From assembly GCA_049967475.1 (NCBI GenBank), contig JBMFSQ010000004.1, positions 20,017 to 84,016 of the forward strand: 64,000 nucleotides of DNA, written 5' to 3'. A program made the translations under genes and the position numbers. Each line of letters opens with the position of its first letter. Positions within the stretch are counted from its first letter, which is position 1. The notes under the pieces were generated by a model. The model was given only the letters and a program-made list of their open reading frames with translations, had not been told where the DNA came from and ran no database searches. This stretch comes from Chthonomonadales bacterium (lineage in GTDB: Bacteria > Armatimonadota > Chthonomonadetes > Chthonomonadales > CAJBBX01). Of this stretch, positions 9,816 through 19,969 are shown piece by piece.

Positions 9816-10280
9816 ATGCGGATTGCGATCGGTTCGGATCATGCCGGTTTTCATTTGAAGAACCATTTGCGCGATATGTTGCGGGCTCAGGGGCACGACG
9901 TCTGCGACGTGGGATCGTTCACCGCCGAGTCTTGCGACTATCCGGACTTTGCCGTGCTTGTAGGCGCTCGGGTCGCCGGCAATGAGGCGGATCTGGGAGT
10001 GCTCATCTGCGGCACAGGCATCGGGATGAGCATGGCAGCGAACAAGGTGAAGGGCGTACGGGCAGCGGTCGTGTCCGAACCGGTGTCCGCACGACTGGCC
10101 CGGGCTCATAACGATGCCAACGTCATCTGCATGGGGGAGCGCATCGTGGGGCCGGAAGTGGCCGAGGAGATCGTGCGGGTCTTCTTAGACACGCCGTTCT
10201 CGCAGGGTGAACGGCATGTGCGCAGGGTTCGCAAGATCAGCGGGATCGAGGAAGGCTCCGGCGTAAAACTGGCGGGATAG
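9816..10280 (+). CDS. rpiB: Ribose-5-phosphate isomerase B
   Basis: IAIGSDHAG, DYPD, CGTGIGMS..ANK, HNDAN and RH.RR. Confidence 0.97.
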   Translation: MRIAIGSDHAGFHLKNHLRDMLRAQGHDVCDVGSFTAESCDYPDFAVLVGARVAGNEADLGVLICGTGIGMSMAANKVKGVRAAVVSEPVSARLARAHNDANVICMGERIVGPEVAEEIVRVFLDTPFSQGERHVRRVRKISGIEEGSGVKLAG

Positions 10281-10355
10281 CAGGTTTCAGCACATGGGGT
10301 ATGGGGCGCTCGATTATTGGTGGAAGCATTTCGTGTTGGTCACAAGGAGAAGTGA

Positions 10356-11633
10356 GTGAGCCTATCGCAGCAGAGGGTTGTGTCCCGCACAGCGGGTTTG
10401 GCGGAGGTGGATCCGGAAGTAGCAGCGGCAATCCGGCATGAGGTGGAGCGCCTCAACCGCAATATCGAACTGATTGCTTCGGAGAATGTGGTGTCCCGGG
10501 CGGTGCTCGAGGCGCTGGGCTCGGTACTCACCAACAAGTATGCTGAAGGTTATCCAGGCAAGCGCTATTACGGCGGCTGCGAGAATATGGACACGGTGGA
10601 AGATTTGGCCAGGGAACGGGCCAAACGTTTGTTCGGCGCCGATCACGCCAATGTTCAGCCTCACAGCGGTGCCCAGGCCAACCAGGCAGTGTACAGCGTC
10701 GCGCTGAAGCCTGGGGACACCTTCCTGGCCATGAACCTTTCCGAAGGGGGTCACCTTACCCATGGCTCCCCGGTCAACTTTTCGGGCATGCTCTACCGCC
10801 CCGTTCCGTACGGCGTCAACCACGACACGGGTTTGATAGACTACGACGAGGTTGCGCGGTTGGCAGAGGAACATCGGCCCAAGCTTATTGTAGCCGGGGC
10901 GAGCTGCTACCCTCGCATCATAGATTTCGCTCGCTTCCGGCAGATCGCCGACCATGTTGGTGCTCTACTGATGGTGGACATGGCGCATATCGCCGGGCTG
11001 GTAGCGGCCGGCGAGCACCCTTCGCCTGTACCCCACGCACACTTCGTTACGACCACGACGCACAAGACCCTTCGGGGACCGCGGGGCGGTCTGGTCCTCT
11101 GCACGGAGGAGTATGCCGAGGCGATAGACAAGGCTGTGTTCCCCGGGATGCAGGGCGGCCCTCTGATGCACGTCATTGCCGCCAAGGCTGTGGCTCTTCA
11201 AGAGGCTCTTCAGCCGGAGTTCAGGGAGTACCAGGCGCAGATACGGCGCAACGCGCGCGCTGTAGCGCAGGCTCTCGTATCCAGGGGATGGCGCCTGGTG
11301 TCCGGAGGAACGGACAACCATCTGGTTTGGTGTGACCTTCGTCCAAAGAAGGTGACGGGGCGCAAGGCGGAAATAGAGCTGGACAAGGTCGGCATCACCG
11401 TGAACCGCAACATGATCCCGGGTGATCCGGAGAAGCCCTGGCGAACGAGCGGCATCCGCATCGGAACCCCTGCGGTTACCACGCGGGGCTTCCGCGAACC
11501 TGAAATGGAGCAGGTGGCGGAGTTGCTGGATCGAACCCTGAGCAACCTGGGTGATGAGGCGGTGCTCGCGTCTGTGCGGCACGACGTAAGCGAACTTACA
11601 GCCCGATTTCCGCTTGTGGACGGTGTAGCATGA
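10356..11633 (+). CDS. glyA: Serine hydroxymethyltransferase
   Basis: [23 protein letters not shown] and [17 protein letters not shown] start with an AGGAG SD. Confidence 0.98.
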   Translation: MSLSQQRVVSRTAGLAEVDPEVAAAIRHEVERLNRNIELIASENVVSRAVLEALGSVLTNKYAEGYPGKRYYGGCENMDTVEDLARERAKRLFGADHANVQPHSGAQANQAVYSVALKPGDTFLAMNLSEGGHLTHGSPVNFSGMLYRPVPYGVNHDTGLIDYDEVARLAEEHRPKLIVAGASCYPRIIDFARFRQIADHVGALLMVDMAHIAGLVAAGEHPSPVPHAHFVTTTTHKTLRGPRGGLVLCTEEYAEAIDKAVFPGMQGGPLMHVIAAKAVALQEALQPEFREYQAQIRRNARAVAQALVSRGWRLVSGGTDNHLVWCDLRPKKVTGRKAEIELDKVGITVNRNMIPGDPEKPWRTSGIRIGTPAVTTRGFREPEMEQVAELLDRTLSNLGDEAVLASVRHDVSELTARFPLVDGVA

Positions 11634-12178
11634 TGCCGGGGGATGATGGCCAGGAGCCCGCAGGCGATCTGGGCATGAGCGAGAGCGAGCCCCAAGCCCC
11701 AGACATTCCCGTCCTGCGCGGAGGCCGGGCCCGGCCCTCGTGGGACGAATACTTCATGGAGATCGCCCGGGTCGTGTCCACCCGGGCAACGTGCAACCGC
11801 CGCCACGTAGGGGCCGTTGTAGTACGGGATCGGCGCATTCTGACCACCGGGTATAACGGGGCGCCTCATGGATTGCCTCACTGTACGGAAGTTGGCTGCA
11901 AGATGCAGGACGGCCATTGCATCCGTACTCTTCATGCTGAGCAGAATGCCATTGTGCAGGGGGCGCTCAACGGGGTGTCCTTGCGTGGCGCCACACTTTA
12001 CGTAACCTGCCAGCCGTGCAATAACTGTGCCAAGATGATCATCAATGCCGGCATCGTGAAGGTTGTATTCGACGGCGATTATCCCGACGAATTCGCCATG
12101 GAGCTGTTCGAGGAAGCGGGCATCGAGCTGATCCGGCTCCGGAGCGCTCTGCACGGCACGCGCGAGAAGCTGTTATGA
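11630..12178 (+). CDS. dCMP deaminase-family (ComEB-like) zinc deaminase
   Basis: [20 protein letters not shown] and PCNNC. Confidence 0.93.
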   Translation: MMPGDDGQEPAGDLGMSESEPQAPDIPVLRGGRARPSWDEYFMEIARVVSTRATCNRRHVGAVVVRDRRILTTGYNGAPHGLPHCTEVGCKMQDGHCIRTLHAEQNAIVQGALNGVSLRGATLYVTCQPCNNCAKMIINAGIVKVVFDGDYPDEFAMELFEEAGIELIRLRSALHGTREKLL

Positions 12179-13170
12179 TTGCCGTAACGGTGGCATTTGT
12201 GGTGGCGCTGGTCGTTACGTCTGCAGCAACGCCTGCCGCGCTCAAGCTCGCGGTACGCTTCGGAGCTGTAGCCGTGCCGCGCTCGCGGGATGTGCACACC
12301 ACGCCTATGCCGCGGCTGGGCGGCGTTGCCATCTACGCTGGAGTGCTCGCGGCGACCCTTATCACCGTCACCGCCCGCCATTTCATTACCCATGGCGTTC
12401 ATGGGTGGACGTTGCACCTGGTGGGAGTACTCGTGGCGGGTACGTTTATGGCATTGATGGGCATTGCGGACGATCTGAAGGATCTGAAGCCGCTCTACCA
12501 GGCTGCGGCCATTGTTGCGGCCGGGAGTGTGCTCGTACTTTTCGGCGTCCGCATCGAAGGGATTACGAACCCTCTTCTCGCTCAAACGCCCGGCGCCTGG
12601 CGGTGGATTGAGCTTCCTCTATGGCTGAGCGTATTCTCAACGCTGTTTTGGGTTTTTGTCGTCACCAAAACGGTGGACGCCATAGACGGCCTCGATGGCC
12701 TTGCAGCAGGCGTCTGCGCGATCTCTGCCGGAACGTTGGCGCTCTTGGCCGCAGCCTCCCACCAGCCTGAAGGACCCACGGTTGCTTTGTTGGCGGCGTC
12801 GGTTGCCGGGAGCTGCGTCGGCTTCCTCAAGTACAACCACTATCCTGCTCGCATCTTCATGAGTACGGTGGGCGCCCAGTTTCTGGGGTTGATGCTTGCA
12901 TCCATCTCCATACTGGGCACGTTCAAGATCGCCGCAGCCATCTCGGTGCTCGTGCCTCTCCTTGTTTTGGGAGTGCCCATCTTCGACTACGCTGCGGTGC
13001 TCGTGCGGCGCATGGTCAGCCGAGCGCCGCTGACTGCAGGCGACCGCCGTCATCTTCATCACCGGCTGCTGGAGCGCGGGCTCACGCACCGGCAAGCAGT
13101 TTGGGTCATTTACGGATGCACGGCGCTGCTTTGTGCTGCAGCGCTGTTGATCTTTCGAGCGAGCCATTGA
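12175..13170 (+). CDS. WecA/TagO-family undecaprenyl-phosphate GlcNAc-1-phosphate transferase
   Basis: PRLGGVAI, GIADD, IDGLDGLA, N.YPARIFM and DRRHLHHRL. Confidence 0.92.
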   Translation: MIAVTVAFVVALVVTSAATPAALKLAVRFGAVAVPRSRDVHTTPMPRLGGVAIYAGVLAATLITVTARHFITHGVHGWTLHLVGVLVAGTFMALMGIADDLKDLKPLYQAAAIVAAGSVLVLFGVRIEGITNPLLAQTPGAWRWIELPLWLSVFSTLFWVFVVTKTVDAIDGLDGLAAGVCAISAGTLALLAAASHQPEGPTVALLAASVAGSCVGFLKYNHYPARIFMSTVGAQFLGLMLASISILGTFKIAAAISVLVPLLVLGVPIFDYAAVLVRRMVSRAPLTAGDRRHLHHRLLERGLTHRQAVWVIYGCTALLCAAALLIFRASH

Positions 13171-13188
13171 CGTGCCCCTGAGGGAGCT

Positions 13189-14457
13189 ATGAGCGCCTCC
13201 TGTCAGCCCAGCCCGGATGCCTGGGTTCAGGCGATTACGCGTATGATCCTGCGCCTTGTCCTCCTGGGAGGAGCGGCCTTCGGCGCCGTCTATGTTCTGG
13301 GTCGCCTCAAGCCGGTGCTGATCTCCCTCTTTGTGGCGGCAATCCTCGCGTACATCATACGCCCGATTGCATGCTGGATGGCAGGGCTTCACGGTTTCCG
13401 GTTGGTCCATCGTTCGGCAGCAGCGCTTCTGGCATCTTTGGTGCGGGGCAGGACACCGGCGAAGGAGCGCCAAGCGGGCCTGGGCACATCGAAGCAGAGC
13501 CCGGTCTCGGGTACCGCCGGAACTTTGCCTTTGGGGGACCATGCGCTGCGCGTGATTGCGAGCCTCTACGTGCTGGTGCTAATGATGCTGGCACTCTGGC
13601 TCGGATTGCGCCTCGTGGCGAACCCCTTCATCCAGGAAGCCCGGAACCTTGCCCTAAACATGCCGCGGCTGGAGCGCAGGCTTGAGAAGCAGGCGCGGGA
13701 TCTGCGCGAATGGTATCGCCAGAACGTTCCGGAGCGCACGCGCCAGTGGGTGGAGGAGCAGTTGGCCCGCAGCAACGCCGGAGCGCAGTTCAGCATCCAA
13801 ACAAAGGTAACGCAATGGGGCCAGGAGGGGCTGAAGAGTGTAGCAGGCGCCCTCAAGAATGTGGTGGAACTGGTACTGCTCCCCGTGCTTGCCTTCTACT
13901 TTGCCGTAGACAGCAAGAAGCTGAAACATGAGTTCGTAGCTCTTCTGCCGCGGGAGCGCCGCAAAGAAACCATGCGCCTGGTTCACGACTTCAACCGCAT
14001 TATGTACAGCTATGTGGTGGGGCAATGCATTCTGTGTGTATTGGCCGGCGTCATCGTGGGTCTGGGTCTATGGGCTCTGGGCATGGATTATTGGGTAACG
14101 CTTGGGCTTCTTGCCGGGGTAACGCGCGCCATACCGATCATCGGGCCCATCGTGGGAGGAGTGCCGATTGTTCTGCTGGCGCTCATCACCCGAGGGTTGG
14201 GTGTAGCCCTTGCCGTTCTCATCTTTTTTACATGCCTCCATTTCGCAGAGAGCAAGTTCCTTATGCCTATGGTGATTGGTGATCGGATGCGGCTGCATCC
14301 CGTGCTGATCATCATCGTTCTGCTCATCGGCGGCGAGTTCGGAGGGCTGCTGGGCATGTTCTTCGCTCCACCCCTGGCCGCCATCCTTCGTGTGGCTGTG
14401 CGCAGATATTGGCTGGCGAGAGTGCAGCACAGGAGGGTTGCGGCGTCGGCTTCGTAG
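13189..14457 (+). CDS. AI-2E family transporter
   Basis: IPIIGP, ESKFLMP.VIG..M.LHP and GGLLGMFFAPP; multi-TM protein. Confidence 0.9.
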   Translation: MSASCQPSPDAWVQAITRMILRLVLLGGAAFGAVYVLGRLKPVLISLFVAAILAYIIRPIACWMAGLHGFRLVHRSAAALLASLVRGRTPAKERQAGLGTSKQSPVSGTAGTLPLGDHALRVIASLYVLVLMMLALWLGLRLVANPFIQEARNLALNMPRLERRLEKQARDLREWYRQNVPERTRQWVEEQLARSNAGAQFSIQTKVTQWGQEGLKSVAGALKNVVELVLLPVLAFYFAVDSKKLKHEFVALLPRERRKETMRLVHDFNRIMYSYVVGQCILCVLAGVIVGLGLWALGMDYWVTLGLLAGVTRAIPIIGPIVGGVPIVLLALITRGLGVALAVLIFFTCLHFAESKFLMPMVIGDRMRLHPVLIIIVLLIGGEFGGLLGMFFAPPLAAILRVAVRRYWLARVQHRRVAASAS

Positions 14458-14503
14458 GGCGCTGCTTCGTTCGGCAAGGTTTGGACACCATTTCGGATTG
14501 CAG

Positions 14504-16150
14504 CTAGGGATTTTCGGGCTGCACCTTAGTTTGCTTGGCAGGCAGGAGGTTGAAGATGAGGCTGACGGATTGTGCCCGCGTGCGCCATCCCAAGCCCACC
14601 TCCACGCAATCCCAACGCCTTCGGACGGCCGCTTCCACGTCATAGGCCCGGTGCCGATCCAAATCGTAATTCACGCCGAGATCGAGGGCCCATTGTGTTC
14701 CGGAGTGGCCGAAGCGGAGGCGCAGCTCATGGGTTATATCGCGCCGGTCGAAGGCAAATGGGGTGGCCCCGAAGTCCTTCATGATGAGATAACTTGCCCC
14801 CAAGAGCGTGCGGGGATTGACGAGGTAATCCAGTTCTGCTTCCGGAGCCAGGAGGGCGTAACCCGTGCCCCGCCCGTAGAGGTTCGTCCAAGCCGTAAAG
14901 CCGAAGCGGGCATGGAGGGGCCCGGCAATCTTGAGGAATGGCCCGACTGCCTCGCTTTGAAGCGCGATGCGTTCGTCGGATGCGCCGGTAGGAGCTTCCT
15001 TAACGTATCCTGCGCTCAAAGCCATGTTCACCATCCAGTTTTTGGCGCGGAATACCGCCGGTCCCAAGCGCTCGGACGAGCGGGACGCCTGAGCCGTTTC
15101 ACCCGTGAGATTGGCAATGGTGATGCCCACTTCAGGAAGCCGGCTCACGCGAAGGTCCGTGCGCTTGCGGTTGTACTGGAAGGCCGATGAGGTGAGCATG
15201 GCGTATAGGGTTGTACGCCGGGGCGGCTCAGGTGGGTTCTCATCCAGGGACCTCAAAGTTGGCGGTGGCGTGGCTACAAGGGCTGTGCGCAGCGGCTCCA
15301 CGGCTCTGGTCAGGTGGGCCGACGGCGGTCCAACATCAGGATCTTGCTGAATGACGTCGTGGCTATAGGCGATTGTGCCTGTGGGCGTGCGCCTCATCGA
15401 AAGGCCGATATCGTAGGTCATCAGAGTGCCGGGGTCGGACACAACGTCGTCTTGCAGGTGAAACTGGATGCCTGTTTCCTTGCTGTAGCCCGGGAAAGGA
15501 AAAGCGAGTTGCGAAGTCTTGCTGAAGGACTTGCTGATCTCAGGAAGTGAGAGGATGCGAACGTGGCCAAGCCAAAAGGTAACGTGTTTGGCCTTTACGC
15601 GTCGGCCTGAGGACACCTCCAGTTGCCGAGCCGTGATGTGGAAGTGCGGATTGGGCAGGCTGCACGTTGTGAACCATGCGTCTGTGGCGCGGATGGCTCT
15701 GCCGGGGAGTAAATCCAACCGGCTCCCTTGTACGCGGATCCCGCTTAGGTCGGCTTTGGCTTCGAGCACGGAACCGGTTTGGTTCTGGCTGTTGAATTTG
15801 AGGTCTCTTCCCACGAGGGTACCTTCGGCCCGCTCGAGCCGCACCGCCCCGCGCACCAGGATATCGCCATTGGCTTTGCCTTCTGCATCGTCGGCTACAA
15901 TCACGGTCTTTTCACCCGTAACGGCATCGGTGAGGATGATGCGCACCGGTCCGGGAGATTTGAAGGTGTTGTCGGCGGGTTGCCACACGAGGTCATGGTA
16001 GCGGTCAATCGTCACCTGACCCAGCACCGGTTGGGAGGCTTTGGTCCGTTTGGAAATCTGGCACGCTGCGAGTTGTGGGAATGCCTGGACACAGAAAAGT
16101 AGCAGGGCCGTACAGGCGATGCGGAGGCAACCGGGCCGCGCCAGGATCAT
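14504..16150 (-). CDS. LptD/OstA-like outer-membrane LPS assembly protein
   Basis: Signal peptide, beta-jellyroll-like N-region, FTTC..P.PHFHITA motif, PFPGYS..TG and an amphipathic beta-strand C-terminus; start uncertain (16150 or 16273). Confidence 0.7.
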   Translation of the reverse strand: MILARPGCLRIACTALLLFCVQAFPQLAACQISKRTKASQPVLGQVTIDRYHDLVWQPADNTFKSPGPVRIILTDAVTGEKTVIVADDAEGKANGDILVRGAVRLERAEGTLVGRDLKFNSQNQTGSVLEAKADLSGIRVQGSRLDLLPGRAIRATDAWFTTCSLPNPHFHITARQLEVSSGRRVKAKHVTFWLGHVRILSLPEISKSFSKTSQLAFPFPGYSKETGIQFHLQDDVVSDPGTLMTYDIGLSMRRTPTGTIAYSHDVIQQDPDVGPPSAHLTRAVEPLRTALVATPPPTLRSLDENPPEPPRRTTLYAMLTSSAFQYNRKRTDLRVSRLPEVGITIANLTGETAQASRSSERLGPAVFRAKNWMVNMALSAGYVKEAPTGASDERIALQSEAVGPFLKIAGPLHARFGFTAWTNLYGRGTGYALLAPEAELDYLVNPRTLLGASYLIMKDFGATPFAFDRRDITHELRLRFGHSGTQWALDLGVNYDLDRHRAYDVEAAVRRRWDCVEVGLGWRTRAQSVSLIFNLLPAKQTKVQPENP

Positions 16151-16262
16151 GGAAGCAATCCCTCCGCACGAAGCGAGTGTGGTGCCTAGGCTGTTTCGGT
16201 ATTCCCAAGGTTCGGGCCGGCGGCGGCCAAGCCTTGCTGCTCCACCCATCCCCTTCCAGCCT

Positions 16263-18020
16263 CTAGAAGTCACTGCTCACATCCCACTCTGCAGGTTCCC
16301 CGTCGCGGCTGGAGGTGCCGGGTAACATTTCCTTGCGGAACCCCTCATCGTCATAGGTGCGGGTGCGAACCACCACAGGCATGGGGACTGCGTGCCCGAG
16401 GATCAATGCCTGCTGCTTCGTGTCTAGCGTGGCGAGAACGCCGGCGAGGCTCGCAGCGCCTGGAAGCCCGGAGAGCACGGCCTGAATGTCTTGATCGTCA
16501 TCCAAGAGGCACACCAACTTTGTACCGAGTTGGGAAAGCACCTCCGTGTCTATGCCGGAGGGGCGCTGATCCACCACAAGGAGCGTGACGTTGTACTTGC
16601 GCATCTCGCGGGCGATGGTGCCGAAGATCGTCTGCCTGGCCAAAGCCGGTGACAGGAACTTGTGGGCTTCCTCGATGGTGAGGACGAGGTGGCGCGGGCG
16701 CGGCTTCTGTTGGCCTAGTGCGGCTTCCGTGTCTTCCACCCATTGCTCGTGAATGCGGCGGGCTAGGATGTTGGCTACGAGCATGTACTGCACAGGGTCG
16801 GTATAGTGGCCGAATTCCAGAACCACGTGGCGCCCATCCTTGAGCATACCGATAATCTCCCGCACAGAAGTATCCTTTGGTGGGGCTGGCGGTGCAGTTT
16901 GGGCCAAGGCTGGTGCTTCGCTGGACGCATCCTCCTGTTCCTGCCGGCCGGCAGCAGGCTCTACGAGGAAGCCTTTGCACCTTTGGATGAGGCTTCGAAG
17001 CTTGCGCTGAAGGGCCGTGAGGGCCCCGGTATGGGCGCCGCTGCTGTCGCAGAATTCCTTGATCTTCTGCGATGTCATGCTGCGGTCCACGAGGGCTGCC
17101 AGCCATTTCTTCTCTCCATAGGCGTTGATGAGAATATTGGCCGTTTCCACTGCGGTGTCCGTAAGGTTCAGCTCCTCTTTCAGCAGGATAACGTCGTCCA
17201 GCGTAAGCTCGGAATAGGGGATGGTAACAGGTTTTGCATAAGGGACGCCGCGCTGGCGAGTGGACGTGGGGTCGAGGGTAAAGATCTCCACCTTTTCATC
17301 GAAGAGTTGTTTGAGCCCCCGAACGGCGCTCCGTTGCCGATCTTCCGATGTGCCGGACCATCCGTATTCATTATGCATGTCGAACACGAGGTTCACGGCA
17401 GCGCGATGCTTGATGATGCCGGCGAGGCAAATCCGGGTGAGGAAGGTTTTGCCGGTCCCCGATTTCCCGAAGATGCCGTTGGAGCGCTCAACGAACCTCT
17501 CCAGGTTGAGGCACACCGCCGTGTCTTCCATTTCCACCGGGCTTCCGATGCGGTAGAAGCCCTTCTGGTCTTCTCGCCCGAACACAGAGCTGACGTCTTC
17601 CTGTGTGGCGCTATAGACATTGCTGAAGTGGTTCGGCACGGTGCGCACCGGCATCAGGAGCGTTTCTGGTGAAGCAGTTGGGGAGTGCGCCGGGGCCATA
17701 AGCATGGGCCGAAGCTCTACAGTGACATAGGCGCCGGTGCCTTCGAGAACCTTGCGCAAGAAGCCCTCCTCTTCTGCCGGTGGGTTGAGAACGAGTTTGT
17801 CGCTGAGGGCGGAAAGGGTTACATTCGTAATGAGCGCGTAAAAGATGTGGCTGCGCCCTTCCACCACTACAAGGCGTCCGGCGCGCAGATCCTCCACCGG
17901 GTGGTTCGGGGCGAGCTTCATCTCCAGGCCACGCGCCAATGAGCCGCGGACAATCACACCGAGCGGCAGACCGTGCTTCACCGTCGTGGCGGGCGCGTCT
18001 GGGTTTTGAAAGGCGGCCAA
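16263..18020 (-). CDS. HerA-like ATPase (HAS barrel plus DUF87/FtsK-HerA ATPase)
   Basis: GSLARGLEM HAS-like N-terminus, Walker A GKSGTGKT, FDMHNEYG, Walker B IEEAHKF, AREMRK and DQRPS; probable TTG start at 18020 after GGAGG. Confidence 0.88.
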   Translation of the reverse strand: MAAFQNPDAPATTVKHGLPLGVIVRGSLARGLEMKLAPNHPVEDLRAGRLVVVEGRSHIFYALITNVTLSALSDKLVLNPPAEEEGFLRKVLEGTGAYVTVELRPMLMAPAHSPTASPETLLMPVRTVPNHFSNVYSATQEDVSSVFGREDQKGFYRIGSPVEMEDTAVCLNLERFVERSNGIFGKSGTGKTFLTRICLAGIIKHRAAVNLVFDMHNEYGWSGTSEDRQRSAVRGLKQLFDEKVEIFTLDPTSTRQRGVPYAKPVTIPYSELTLDDVILLKEELNLTDTAVETANILINAYGEKKWLAALVDRSMTSQKIKEFCDSSGAHTGALTALQRKLRSLIQRCKGFLVEPAAGRQEQEDASSEAPALAQTAPPAPPKDTSVREIIGMLKDGRHVVLEFGHYTDPVQYMLVANILARRIHEQWVEDTEAALGQQKPRPRHLVLTIEEAHKFLSPALARQTIFGTIAREMRKYNVTLLVVDQRPSGIDTEVLSQLGTKLVCLLDDDQDIQAVLSGLPGAASLAGVLATLDTKQQALILGHAVPMPVVVRTRTYDDEGFRKEMLPGTSSRDGEPAEWDVSSDF

Positions 18021-18134
18021 ACTAAGCAATCCTCCGCCGGGTTGGCAACTTCGATGGTCTTCAGGGTGGAGTTCCCTGTTGGGCTCCTCAAATCCTGCCG
18101 GGCGGCCGTTGCCTCCATGCGAACGGTTCCCACG

Positions 18135-18163
18135 TTGTGCGCCTGCGGCCAATAGGCTATAAT
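18135..18163 (+). promoter_or_regulatory. Sigma70-type promoter of the histidine kinase gene
   Basis: TTGTGC-17 bp-TATAAT, ending 9 nt before the ATG at 18173. Confidence 0.65.
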
Positions 18164-18172
18164 GGGATCGCA

Positions 18173-19969
18173 ATGGGCAAGGTGCATTCCCACTCCATCA
18201 ATCGTACCCAACAGTTCCTGCGTTCGTTGGACAGCCTCTTTGCTGAGGCGGTGAGGGGTTCGTCCGACGTTCAGCACATGCTCCAGTCCACCCTGGAAGC
18301 GGCCGTCCGCGTGGTGGAGGGCCGTCGAGGCTTCCTGGCCATCGTCAATCACGAAACCGGCGAATTGGAGGTTGTATGCACTACAGGCGAGGGCTGGACG
18401 GAGGAGCGCAAGCGCCTGCGGCTCAATTTGGGGCAAGAGGGCCAACGGGGCATTACCGGCTATGTGGCACTCACCGGAACGCCTTACGTTACGGGAGATA
18501 CGGCGAACGACGCCCATCATCTTCGCTTCTTCGAGGATGCCCGAAGTGAGATTGCCGTCCCGATTTTGGGCGCCCATGGTCAGGCCCGGGGCGTCATCAA
18601 TATAGACAGCCCGGAGTACGATGCCTTCGACGAAGATGACGTAGCTCACCTCGCGCCGTTAGCCCACGCAGCCGCCGTTCGCATGGTCATCGAAGGGTTC
18701 CGAGCGCGTGAGACCGCTCTGGTTGCCATCGGCCAGGATCTGGCATCCACAGTGGATGTGGACGCACTCGTGCGCAAAGTGGTGGATCTGGCGGCCGACG
18801 CCTTGGAGTTTGAGGACTGCTCGGTTTTTCTGTTGGACGAGCAGACGGAGCATCTGGTTCTTAAGGCCACGCGCGGCTCGCTTGCGCTCCAGGTGGGGAA
18901 GGCCGTGTATCACTTGGGAGAAGGGCTTACGGGATGGGTGGCTCTGCACGGGGAACCGGTTCGGCTGGACGACCCGGTTGCCGATCCTCGGTGGAAAGGC
19001 CTCTTCACAGAGTTCCCCGCGGCCGAGCTGGGCGCCTTCATGGCTGTGCCCATCGAGAGCCGCAACCGGGTGCTGGGCGTGATCCGGGTGCTGCGCCGAA
19101 AGGTTCGCACAGCCTGGTTCGCGAACCGCTTTACCGAGGCAGATGAGCGCGTCCTCACCACAATCGGCAGCCAGGTGGGCGCAGCAATAGACAACGCACG
19201 GAGTTTCAAACGGATGATCCGTGCGGAGCGCATGGCGGCGTGGGGCGAACTCTCTGCCCGTTCGGCCCACATGATCGGCAATCGGGCGTTCGCCCTCCGG
19301 GGGGACCTCAATGAATTGCTCCATGTGGTGGAGCAGCTTCCACAATGTTCCGAGAAGGAGCAGCTTCTTGGCATCGCCCGGAGCATGGAGAACGGGCTCG
19401 CCCGGCTGGAAGAGATACTCCGTGAGTTCCGCGACTACGTGATGGCGACGCAGGTTACTCCGGCGCCTTGCGACGTTGCCGGCGTACTGCGGGAGGCCAT
19501 CGAGGAAACGCTGCCCAAACGGAGCAACGTAAAGCTGGAGTTGAACATTGCCGCAGATCTTCCGGTGGTCCTCTGCGATGCGGTGCGCCTGAAGCGGGCG
19601 TTTGGAGAACTGATCGAGAATGCCGTAAGCTTTCAACCCGAAGGCGGTGAGCTTAGGGTGTGCGCGTGTCGCGTGGATCCCGAGGAGCGCGGCGATCATG
19701 GGCTGCCGCATTCCCGCCAGTATATCCGCATTGAATTTGCGGACCGGGGCCCTGGTGTCCCAACGGACCTGAAGCGCCTTATCTTTCGTCCATTCTATAC
19801 ATCGCGTGTGAAAGGAATGGGGTTGGGCCTATCCATCGTGCAAGGGATCGTCGAAGCGCATCAGGGCATCATCAAGGAGGTGGGGGTACCAGGCGAGGGC
19901 GCACGGTTTGTAATCTACTTGCCGGTGGCGGAACCTCAACCCGCCCCGGAGCAAGGGAAGCCCGCGTAG
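18173..19969 (+). CDS. Cytoplasmic GAF-GAF sensor histidine kinase
   Basis: Two GAF domains (GITGYVA..G / SEIAVPI / GVINIDS and GEGLTGWVA / FMAVPI), H-box AHMIGN, ELIENA, DRGPG, IFRPFYT and GMGLGL. Confidence 0.92.
   Translation: MGKVHSHSINRTQQFLRSLDSLFAEAVRGSSDVQHMLQSTLEAAVRVVEGRRGFLAIVNHETGELEVVCTTGEGWTEERKRLRLNLGQEGQRGITGYVALTGTPYVTGDTANDAHHLRFFEDARSEIAVPILGAHGQARGVINIDSPEYDAFDEDDVAHLAPLAHAAAVRMVIEGFRARETALVAIGQDLASTVDVDALVRKVVDLAADALEFEDCSVFLLDEQTEHLVLKATRGSLALQVGKAVYHLGEGLTGWVALHGEPVRLDDPVADPRWKGLFTEFPAAELGAFMAVPIESRNRVLGVIRVLRRKVRTAWFANRFTEADERVLTTIGSQVGAAIDNARSFKRMIRAERMAAWGELSARSAHMIGNRAFALRGDLNELLHVVEQLPQCSEKEQLLGIARSMENGLARLEEILREFRDYVMATQVTPAPCDVAGVLREAIEETLPKRSNVKLELNIAADLPVVLCDAVRLKRAFGELIENAVSFQPEGGELRVCACRVDPEERGDHGLPHSRQYIRIEFADRGPGVPTDLKRLIFRPFYTSRVKGMGLGLSIVQGIVEAHQGIIKEVGVPGEGARFVIYLPVAEPQPAPEQGKPA

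Noticed and set aside
16263..18020. HerA as an anti-phage defence system
   Set aside because: No Sir2, DUF4297 or nuclease partner and no defence-island context; it resembles the housekeeping HAS-barrel HerA.
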